Below, piece after piece: positions 9,337-17,186 of a DNA stretch of 64,000 nucleotides. Each line of letters starts with the position of its first letter. Position 1 is the first letter of the stretch. The notes under the pieces are model-generated. The model saw only the letters and a program-made list of their open reading frames with translations. It was not told where the DNA came from and made no database searches. Where the stretch lies: positions 5,557-69,556 of the IMG/VR virus record IMGVR_UViG_3300011805_000010, one strand, 5' to 3'. This DNA comes from a virus (Duplodnaviria > Caudoviricetes). A program made the position numbers and the translations under genes.

Positions 9337-9933
9337 AAAACAGTTGTACCTTCTGGTGTCGTTGATACCAATACATTCAAAATAACTGGTAAAGCATCGG
9401 ATGACGATGCGAATGCGACAGTAAAGGTGACAAGCCGTATTAATACAGGTGAGCCAGTGGAGATTTACAGTGGTGCGGGTGGTCCTTGGGAGTTTGAAGT
9501 AGGACTTGCACAATTAGTAGTCGGAGAAAATACGATTGTTCTTGAGGTCGTAGATAATTACGGGGCCAAGACAAGTAAAACCATTAAACTAAATAAAAAA
9601 GAAGTGAAAACGCCTATTTTACAATCCGTTGCTCGATACCAAATCGAGCCGCCAAACGGATCTGCAAAGGGCGTTTTATTGTTTATTCAACGTGATAGGG
9701 AGCTCAATATAAAGGTGGAACTATCTATGACAGCAAAGGGTTAAGAAGAACAATACACAGTGTTAACACCAGTAAATACAGCACCCATCACAGCCAAACA
9801 AGGTGTCGTGGAGGACACTTTTGAGCATAAAGGAATGGAAGCTAAACAACAAATTGTGTTAAAAATTACGCCAATACGTACGGACTTGGCATCTCATCAC
9901 AAAATACATCTGATAACAGGGGCGGTGGACTAA
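9337..9933 (+). pseudogene. 3' fragment of a phage tail/structural gene with premature TAA at 9742-9744
   Basis: no 5' end; frame continues after the stop (EEQYTVLTP...HLITGAVD*); Ig-like beta-rich sequence. Confidence 0.65.
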
Positions 9934-10184
9934 TGGCATTTCAATATAAAGTACGTAATCCAGATGGTACGATGGGTAAAATGAGAAAGTTTGGTGATGA
10001 GGACACAGCTGAAGAAAAGGCTGCACGTTTAGAAAAAGAAAACCAACTACTATTGAGCAGTATGAGGGAGATGTCAACGTATATAGCGAACCAAGAGCAA
10101 CGTTTAGCAGAGCAGGAAAGGGCGATTATGGAGCTTTCCACGTTAATTGCAAAGGAATCAGAAGGAGGCGAACCAAGTGTTTAA
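9933..10184 (+). CDS. phage tail-region coiled-coil protein
   Basis: coupled TAATG start; heptad-like sequence; position before holins. Confidence 0.7.
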   Translation: MAFQYKVRNPDGTMGKMRKFGDEDTAEEKAARLEKENQLLLSSMREMSTYIANQEQRLAEQERAIMELSTLIAKESEGGEPSV

Positions 10185-10323
10185 TGAACATAGTGGTCTT
10201 GTAATCATCTGGTATAACTATGTGCTAGCAAGACCCGAAAAGCGGAATCAAGTGCCAAATCTATCGAATCTGCGCCAAGTGGTTTATTGGAAATTAGATA
10301 ATGATATTACTAATTCTAAGTAA
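10177..10323 (+). CDS. 48-aa phage protein (CD1375-like), not in ORF track
   Basis: AAGGAGG RBS and GTG; VFNEHSGLVIIWY...QVPNLSNLRQVV. Confidence 0.55.
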   Translation: MFNEHSGLVIIWYNYVLARPEKRNQVPNLSNLRQVVYWKLDNDITNSK

Positions 10324-10418
10324 TTAGGAGATTTGGATTAGTTTCAATGTCTGAAATTAAAATCTATTAGAAATAGCTCAAATCACAATAATCCTTAATA
10401 TGATATAATTAGTAAAAA

Positions 10419-10721
10419 TTGAAAGGTTTGATTCCAATAAGTTCTTCAAAAGATTTTTATACTTCAATGGGATGGACAGAACAAGCAAGACAAAAACATC
10501 CAACTTTAAAACAAGGATTTACATTTACAGTTGAAAGAGCTAGTAAAAAAGTGGATAAAGGATTTTGGGAAATAGTAGAAAATAAGAGTGTCCCTTATTA
10601 TAAATGTAGGAGAATACTAAAAAACGGGTCTTACGCTACGTGGTCGACTAGTAATGAAAGGATATTGTCGGAAAGCTTAATATATGCGAACTTGGATAAG
10701 AATACTCCCTTTATAATTTGA
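10419..10721 (+). CDS. hypothetical protein (moron)
   Basis: 100-aa ORF between tail-end and lysis genes. Confidence 0.5.
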   Translation: MKGLIPISSSKDFYTSMGWTEQARQKHPTLKQGFTFTVERASKKVDKGFWEIVENKSVPYYKCRRILKNGSYATWSTSNERILSESLIYANLDKNTPFII

Positions 10722-10803
10722 CAGTGTAACACTTTTATTAATTGCTATGAGGGCTGTTTCTCATTGCGTTTTATTTTTAACGAATAGGGTAAAGGGTGAT
10801 AGT

Positions 10804-11103
10804 ATGGATGTAGCTGCAGTAAATGAAATTGCTACAAGCCAAGCCGTATGGGCAATAGCTTGTTTAATTATTGCATTTGGGGCATTTCGTTATTTAATTA
10901 GTAAAAATGATAAGTTAATGAACAGAGCGGAAGAACGTGAAAACAAATTAATGGATCATTTGGAACGGTCTAATGATTCGCAAGAAAGAACCGCAATTGC
11001 GCTCGAAGGAATAAATCGGTCGTTGAATGTTTTGGAAGGTCGTGTGGATCGTATCGAAAAACACACACTCAAAAATAAAAATACAGAAAGGGAAGCTGAA
11101 TAA
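10804..11103 (+). CDS. BhlA/UviB-like holin-associated protein
   Basis: single N-terminal TM then AEERENKLMDHLERS coiled coil; RBS AAGGGTGA. Confidence 0.7.
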   Translation: MDVAAVNEIATSQAVWAIACLIIAFGAFRYLISKNDKLMNRAEERENKLMDHLERSNDSQERTAIALEGINRSLNVLEGRVDRIEKHTLKNKNTEREAE

Positions 11104-11366
11104 TGGATCTAACGAACATTTTTACACTTGCAGCGATAATGGTTGCAATTGTTTTAGCTGTTTCAGAGGTACTAAAAAAGACATTCAAAATTAATACACA
11201 ATACATGCCAATCACTTCCGTTGTGATTGGTATTTTTATTGGTCTAGTTTGTTGGCCGTTATCAGAGTATCCAGTGTACATCATGTTAATTGCTGGTTTT
11301 GTTGCAGGATTAACAGCTTCTGGAACATTTGATTTATTGAAAGTATCCAAAAAGGTTGGTGGATAG
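11103..11366 (+). CDS. holin
   Basis: 3 TM, GFVAGLTASGTFD motif, directly before the lysin. Confidence 0.85.
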   Translation: MDLTNIFTLAAIMVAIVLAVSEVLKKTFKINTQYMPITSVVIGIFIGLVCWPLSEYPVYIMLIAGFVAGLTASGTFDLLKVSKKVGG

Positions 11367-11367
11367 A

Positions 11368-12069
11368 ATGACTAGTGTCACAACTACATGTCGAGATTTA
11401 ACTGAACTATTACCAGTGGCGCAAACGGCCTGCAGATTGCTCTTTCAAGAGTGCTATAAAGCAGGTATTCAAAATATCTTCGTTACAGAAACATATAGAA
11501 GTCAAGCACGGCAAAATTATCTATATGCACAAGGCAGAACAAGACCCGGGAAAATTGTAACTTGGACGCTGAAGAGTAATCATACTTCTCGATTAGCATG
11601 GGACATTGCCATAGCTCCCCCTAAATCCTTATATGACGTAGATACATTAACAAAAGTCGGGGCAATAGCTCGTAAGTTAGGTATTACGTGGGGTGGTGAT
11701 TGGGAACGCAGAATTGACCGTCCACACTTTGAAGTGAAACGAAATTGGAGAATGCCTAAAGGGTACAAATTAGAAAGTCAAGTAATTGTACCAAGTAACA
11801 GTAAAATGAAAGTCCAATTAATTGTGAAAGATAAGAAGGAGGAAATTAAAATGGGTAAATCATTATTAGCCGATACAGGACGTACAGAAATTCGTTTATT
11901 ATTAAAGAAAGCGCGAAATAAAACATATAAAGTAGAAGACAATTACAAACCTATCATTGATCCTAAGATTCATACTGATGTTAAAATTGACACTTACAAT
12001 GATGGGCAGTTGTTAAGTTATCAAGCTGCTGTTATCAACCGTTTCTTTGATTTGCCCTCTAAAAGTTAG
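11368..12069 (+). CDS. endolysin, M15 (L-Ala-D-Glu) peptidase
   Basis: ETYRSQARQNYLYAQGR, SNH...AWDI and WGGDW...DRPHFE motifs. Confidence 0.92.
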   Translation: MTSVTTTCRDLTELLPVAQTACRLLFQECYKAGIQNIFVTETYRSQARQNYLYAQGRTRPGKIVTWTLKSNHTSRLAWDIAIAPPKSLYDVDTLTKVGAIARKLGITWGGDWERRIDRPHFEVKRNWRMPKGYKLESQVIVPSNSKMKVQLIVKDKKEEIKMGKSLLADTGRTEIRLLLKKARNKTYKVEDNYKPIIDPKIHTDVKIDTYNDGQLLSYQAAVINRFFDLPSKS

Positions 12070-12387
12070 ACAAGATATTTCATCAGGCAAATAGCGAAAA
12101 AATGAGTTCGGTAATGTACCGGACTAATTTTGTATTTTGTCTTCTTCAGTGTAGTATTAAAGATTTCTATAGAATTTATTCGATCCATTAAAATAGCATA
12201 TTTTTAATTTCTTTTAAGTGGAGAAAATAGGAATTGAACATTTGGGCGAAATTCCTAATGAGTGTTCTCCTAAACTATAACTTCGAGAGATATGCTTTGT
12301 ATAATCCAATTCATAGACAATATTTTAGCGTATGGAACTTAACGCAAAATCTTATGGATAATAATTGTTAAGAACGGATTTATTAAT

Positions 12388-13449
12388 CTATTCATCATTT
12401 GTAGATGCAACTTCAAAGTATCCATTTTCAATTGCTTTATCTATATTAATCCCTGTACTTTTATAAAAATTATAATCATTTTCTTCCATTTCATCCCAAT
12501 GGCTTATGTTAGGATATATTTTTGAAAAGTATTTATCAAAGTCTGTAAACATTAATACATCTTGTACAAACAGTAAAAAACTCATTTCATCATTTCCATA
12601 ATAATTTTGGTAATTTGAAATGAAATCTGTATTTATTAGTAAATCAAAATCTTCGATATTGGATATCTTAAATAACTTCAAAACATTTATTATCTCATCT
12701 ATTTCTTTCTCATCATTGCTTAAATTTAATTTATCTTTAATTTTAGAGTTGAAATACTTTTCTAAAGTAACAGGATTTATTTCTGTTTTACTACCTGGTG
12801 TAATATGTATATGCTGTGAATAATGCTCGATGTCATTTACAATTTTATCAAATTCTCTATCTGCTAATTCTAGATTGGCAGCTAATAAATGAAATCTACG
12901 TTTTAGTTCTAGAGTTTCTGGTAGTTTTTCTTTTAATTTATAGCTTCTATCATGTTCAATTTCTGCCCATGCATGCTGTAGTATAGTTCGCACTTGAATT
13001 TCGAATGGAAAGTTTTGATATTTATTGTATTCGGGTAACCCTGATCTTTCGTTATTTAATTTTGCAACGTAGTGCACTGATCGATATCCGAATTGATCGT
13101 CTTTGAGTTCTTTTGTCTTATCAACAGAATGTTCTTCTATGATATTAAACTCATTATTAATAACCTCACATACTTTTTTTACTTCTGATTCTACATAGGT
13201 GATTACTCTAATCCCTGAGAAATCAAATATCTCATCTTTAGGATTTTCATAACCTTTCTTCTCAATCTTGTCTTTAAAACTTTTCACATCTTTACACCTA
13301 GAGGTTATTTCATAATAAGTAATTCCCTCTTCATCAAGTATTTCTTTAAGTAATAATTCCATTTTTAAAGAAAATCTTTTATACTTTTTTCTTTCCTCTT
13401 GGAACCATGCTACTGCATCGTCAATTCTTTTTGTCTTTAAATCTGCCAT
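12388..13449 (-). CDS. RelA/SpoT-domain protein (small alarmone synthetase-like) with a C-terminal extension
   Basis: RCKDVKSFKDK, DFSGIRVI, GYRSVHY and EIQVRTILQHAWAEIEH SYNTH motifs; no hydrolase domain. Confidence 0.88.
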   Translation of the reverse strand: MADLKTKRIDDAVAWFQEERKKYKRFSLKMELLLKEILDEEGITYYEITSRCKDVKSFKDKIEKKGYENPKDEIFDFSGIRVITYVESEVKKVCEVINNEFNIIEEHSVDKTKELKDDQFGYRSVHYVAKLNNERSGLPEYNKYQNFPFEIQVRTILQHAWAEIEHDRSYKLKEKLPETLELKRRFHLLAANLELADREFDKIVNDIEHYSQHIHITPGSKTEINPVTLEKYFNSKIKDKLNLSNDEKEIDEIINVLKLFKISNIEDFDLLINTDFISNYQNYYGNDEMSFLLFVQDVLMFTDFDKYFSKIYPNISHWDEMEENDYNFYKSTGINIDKAIENGYFEVASTNDE

Positions 13450-13738
13450 TTTACTGTGTGCCCCTTTACTTTATCTACAAATTAACACTGTTACTAATAT
13501 TTTATTAGTAAATAGCTGGAAAGTACATACAAAAATTATTTTAAAAAAAACGGAGGAATTCTCTTGTAGTAGAAGAGTGCAGGGATGAAAGAGGAACTTG
13601 TAAAAGCTATACAACGAAATTAATAGTTATCATGAGTATGTATCAAAAATTGTTGACATTTGAGTTTTATTAGAAAGTATATTTATGAGGAAATTTTAAT
13701 AAATAAAAGTTAATTTAGATTTCTTTTTACGACAAAAA

Positions 13739-14010
13739 AAAGCAACCAAAGCAACAAAAAAGCAACCAAAAATCTGAATGCAGGTGAATATCGGTGAAAT
13801 CGAAACATTATACAAGTGTGAAAAACCTTGCTATAATGGGCTTTGTGATTACATATGAAAGAGGGTAAAAGCATGAACGCTTACGACGAATGTATGCGTT
13901 CATGCTTTTTCTATGTCTTGATATATCAACGTTTGTAGGGGTTTTTTGAATTTGGTTTTTTGGAAAAAGTCACGGAAAGTAAACATTTATCCTATGTTTT
14001 TACATGGGGA
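13739..14010. other. probable att junction between elements A and B
   Basis: three AAAGCAAC arm-like repeats (13739, 13748, 13759); 14-bp perfect inverted repeat 13867-13909; lies between the lysis end of A and the integrase end of B. Confidence 0.6.
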
Positions 14011-14135
14011 TAAAATAGTATATTGCTTTTTTTAATGATGAATTTTACCATTTGATGTATAATTAAAATTAGTAAAATCTAACTAGTAAGTGATATCAAA
14101 AAATTCAATTTTAATACGATTTAAGGAGGAAGCAT

Positions 14136-14978
14136 ATGGTACAGGGATTAATCGGAGGTATGACTAATTACAATAATCAATCACTCAATGATATTGTAGG
14201 TGATATAAATGATTGGATTGGTTATAGTTTAGAAACTAAAAATTTTTTGGAAGATAATATGGAATTTTTAAAGAAGAATGATTATTGGAATAATATTCCT
14301 TTTAACTTTCAAATGACTTTATATTCTAGTATTAGGTGCCAAAATACTTTTATCAGTGATATGCAATTAGTTTTAAAAGCTATAGATACCAATCATTTGA
14401 CTAAGAGAGAGGTAGAACTAATAAAAAATATCGGCAATATTGCTATAGAATATAATCGAGAATATGGTCAAACGTATAAAGAAGATTCGAGATGGAAAAA
14501 TTACGGAGACGAAAACTTTCGAGTTGCTGAACAACTATATGCAAAAGGAAGAGACTATTTTGTTACAATGCAAGACGCAAGTAATCTTTCCGCTAGGTTA
14601 AATAACTATATTAATACCATTCCTCCAATTGTTAATCAGAGTATTCACCAAACAGTTAATGGAGCAGGAAATATTGTAACAGGCGTAAATAACGGTAGTA
14701 TAGAGCAAGTTCAGATAAATAACTCACAATTTGCTAGTGAAATAAATTCCGTTTTAGAACAATTAAAAAAACTTGAAGATATTGATCCAATACACAAATT
14801 ATATATTGAAGATGTTTTAAATGAATCTAAAGAAGCAGTAGAAAAGGGGGATCAAGAAGCACAATCTAAGACTAAAACTAAAATGAAGAGTTTTTTAGAA
14901 AGTGCTGGTAGTAAAGCACTTAGTTACGTAAATTTGTTGAGTGCCTATTCTAGTATCGCTTCATATTTCCAATTTTAA
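14136..14978 (+). CDS. hypothetical moron protein with an N/Q/G-rich linker and a helical C-terminus
   Basis: AAGGAGG RBS; 280 aa. Confidence 0.75.
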   Translation: MVQGLIGGMTNYNNQSLNDIVGDINDWIGYSLETKNFLEDNMEFLKKNDYWNNIPFNFQMTLYSSIRCQNTFISDMQLVLKAIDTNHLTKREVELIKNIGNIAIEYNREYGQTYKEDSRWKNYGDENFRVAEQLYAKGRDYFVTMQDASNLSARLNNYINTIPPIVNQSIHQTVNGAGNIVTGVNNGSIEQVQINNSQFASEINSVLEQLKKLEDIDPIHKLYIEDVLNESKEAVEKGDQEAQSKTKTKMKSFLESAGSKALSYVNLLSAYSSIASYFQF

Positions 14979-15042
14979 AACTTCTATTGTAAATAAGCAT
15001 TTAATAATTGGAGATACTATATTTTATAGTATCTCCTTTACA

Positions 15043-16191
15043 TCATTTCCCCAACAACTCCGTAAACTTATCATGCATCTTCTCAGTAGCAGCCACCCTC
15101 ATCCCAGAAGTAACATGCAAATAAATCTTCGTAGTGGTATCAGAATTTTTATGGCCAACCCGATTCATAATAAAATTCAAATCCACACCTGCCTCTGCTA
15201 ACAGACTAATATGTGTATGGCGGAGGATGTAGGTGCGGAATTGTTTGTTGAGGTCGGTGAGGGCGCCGATGCGTCGGACGGTTTGGTTGAGCATTTTGAC
15301 GGTAGGGGGGATGCCTTCCTTGTCGCCGAATACAAAGTCGGACATAGTCCATTCCCGATACTCGCGCCATTGGTAGAGCTGCTTTAATTTTTCCACTACA
15401 ATATCATCAATATCGACGGAGCGGACGCTGCCGGCTGTTTTTGGGGGAGTGAGTTCGAAGTCGCCTCGTAAACTTTTCTTTGCATACACTGTTTTGTTGA
15501 TGTGTATGACCTTCTTCTCCAAATCTACATCCTCATATTTTAATGCTACAGCTTCGCCTGGTCGCATTCCTGTAAAAGCGATTGCGTAGATCAGCGTGCG
15601 ATATATAATATTACGATGTTTGTCCACGAAACTTAAAAATTCCTTCAGTTCATTTGTTTCTAAATAAAGTTTTGCTGTATCCTCACTGCTAGCTTCCTCT
15701 AACGTCATTTTCTTCTTCGGCACAAAAGTAGCTTCCACAGGATTCATCTCAATCAATCCAGACTCTTTGGCATAGGCAAATAACATTTTGGCTGTATTAT
15801 GAGTGCCTCGTAACGTATTATAGGTTGTCCCATTAGCAAATAAATGATTGAGCAAACCTTGTAATTCGATAGAAGTGATTGCGGTCATTTTCTTTTTGGC
15901 CAAGTATCGATTGAGTAGGGTGATGCAGTAGGCACGCTGTTCGTTGGTTGTTTCCTTATTGCCTTTCATACGGTAAAGCTTTAACCAATCTTGGCTGAAT
16001 TCTTCAAACGTTATCTTAGCATCGAAGTAATATGCTTTGTTTAATTCAGCTATAGCTTTTTCAACTCTTTCTCGTGCTTCCGTTTTACTTTTACCACGAC
16101 GTGTAATTTGACGGCGTTTGCCAGTGGCAGGGTTACGAGGGCCTTCACCAGTGCACCGCCAAGTTGTTTTATTAATTTGAACGTAATGCAT
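15043..16191 (-). CDS. int: tyrosine integrase of element B
   Basis: arm-binding N-terminus, TGMRPGEA, LRHTHISLL, RVGH and TTKIYLH; likely start ATG16191 after AAAGGTGGTG. Confidence 0.95.
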   Translation of the reverse strand: MHYVQINKTTWRCTGEGPRNPATGKRRQITRRGKSKTEARERVEKAIAELNKAYYFDAKITFEEFSQDWLKLYRMKGNKETTNEQRAYCITLLNRYLAKKKMTAITSIELQGLLNHLFANGTTYNTLRGTHNTAKMLFAYAKESGLIEMNPVEATFVPKKKMTLEEASSEDTAKLYLETNELKEFLSFVDKHRNIIYRTLIYAIAFTGMRPGEAVALKYEDVDLEKKVIHINKTVYAKKSLRGDFELTPPKTAGSVRSVDIDDIVVEKLKQLYQWREYREWTMSDFVFGDKEGIPPTVKMLNQTVRRIGALTDLNKQFRTYILRHTHISLLAEAGVDLNFIMNRVGHKNSDTTTKIYLHVTSGMRVAATEKMHDKFTELLGK

Positions 16192-16205
16192 AGCTGTCAC
16201 CACCT

Positions 16206-16562
16206 TTATGAAAGTACTTCCCAAATTATTTTTAGTTTCTCGACGTCTCTCTCATTACAGTAGGGAAGAGACTTGTACCATTGCTGTAATGAGGGATTTT
16301 GGGGAAATGGTTCTTTTAATGCAGGATTATAAGTAGGGTCATCGGACAATCCTGCAACCTCAATTAGGTTTATGTAATCATATTGATAGGCTGTGGCGAT
16401 GCGTTGCAATGTTTCAGGCGTAGGTTTGATCGCATTGCCAGTTCGACGATCGATTCCTCTTTCAAGCATAGCCAAGTAAGAAAACGTAATATCCATACGT
16501 TTTGCTGCATCACGTAAAGATTCATCACCACGTAGTTCCTTTAATAACTCACCTAAACTCAA
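16206..16562 (-). CDS. XRE-family HTH regulator
   Basis: SLRDAAKRMDITFSYLAMLERG. Confidence 0.88.
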   Translation of the reverse strand: MSLGELLKELRGDESLRDAAKRMDITFSYLAMLERGIDRRTGNAIKPTPETLQRIATAYQYDYINLIEVAGLSDDPTYNPALKEPFPQNPSLQQWYKSLPYCNERDVEKLKIIWEVLS

Positions 16563-16616
16563 AATCGTTCACCTTCATTTCCTTAGTTTTGAATGCATAT
16601 ACCATTCTGTTTTCAA

Positions 16617-17111
16617 CTATAAAATAAAGTTATCTGTCTCACTATTCCAATTCAGCATAAGTAACTTTTTACTGCGATACTGCTCCAATCGTTTGAATGC
16701 AAATTCATATTCAACATTAAATAGCCGTTGTACATTTTCGACAGTCAGTTCACTAGGCTCTAGTTCATCCAACATAAAAGAGGGGACACAGGCATGGTAC
16801 ATAAAGTTCTTTGCTTTATATTCTTGATATTCACGGAAGAGGCGATACATAAAGAATTGATCCCCTGTATGTAATAAGACGTGCGCTAATTCATGGCAAA
16901 AATCCTGCCATCTTTGCTGCTGGGTAAGTGATTCATCTAAGAATATGTAGGGTAGGTCGTTCGCATATAACGCTTGACTAGTTTCTGACCAATAAAAAAC
17001 TTTAATACCTAAATTTTTTGCAATTTCTCTAAAATCCAAAAGGGGAGGAGTGGTGATTTTCATTTTAAAGTAGAATTCTTTAATGAAATCTTCTAAATGA
17101 CTATAGTACAT
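16617..17111 (-). CDS. immA: ImmA/IrrE-family anti-repressor metallopeptidase
   Basis: QRWQDFCHELAH (HExxH) and EYKAKNF; next to integrase. Confidence 0.88.
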   Translation of the reverse strand: MYYSHLEDFIKEFYFKMKITTPPLLDFREIAKNLGIKVFYWSETSQALYANDLPYIFLDESLTQQQRWQDFCHELAHVLLHTGDQFFMYRLFREYQEYKAKNFMYHACVPSFMLDELEPSELTVENVQRLFNVEYEFAFKRLEQYRSKKLLMLNWNSETDNFIL

Positions 17112-17126
17112 TTAACCACCTCGAAC

Positions 17127-17140
17127 AGAACGTGTGTTCT
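17127..17140. promoter_or_regulatory. LexA/DinR (Cheo) SOS box
   Basis: AGAAC-GTGT-GTTCT just upstream of immA matches GAAC-N4-GTTC. Confidence 0.75.
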
Positions 17141-17157
17141 ATTTATTGTACTATAAA

Positions 17158-17183
17158 ACCCTACTTATTGAAAGTAGGGTTTA
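17158..17183 (-). terminator. terminator after lmuB
   Basis: AAACCCTACT-N-AGTAGGGTTT hairpin. Confidence 0.65.
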
Positions 17184-17186
17184 AAT

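Larger units (their letters stand above)
1..13880. mobile_element. Element A: defective prophage remnant (left end outside window)
   Basis: ArpU pseudogene, recombinase, terS, truncated terL, broken tail gene, holins and endolysin in phage order; capsid, portal and tape-measure genes absent. Confidence 0.85.

Noticed and set aside
12070-12387. Antitoxin ORF next to the RelA/SpoT gene
   Set aside because: Only short broken frames without a convincing RBS.
12388-13449. Calling the RelA/SpoT gene CapRel
   Set aside because: Size is similar, but I cannot recognise the pseudo-zinc-finger antitoxin region; left as an unassigned SAS.
15037-15060. ...GGAAATGATGTAA at the integrase end as a groEL 3'-end att core
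   Set aside because: Only about 10 matching bases, and it overlaps the integrase stop codon; the 13.87-kb site is a better candidate.
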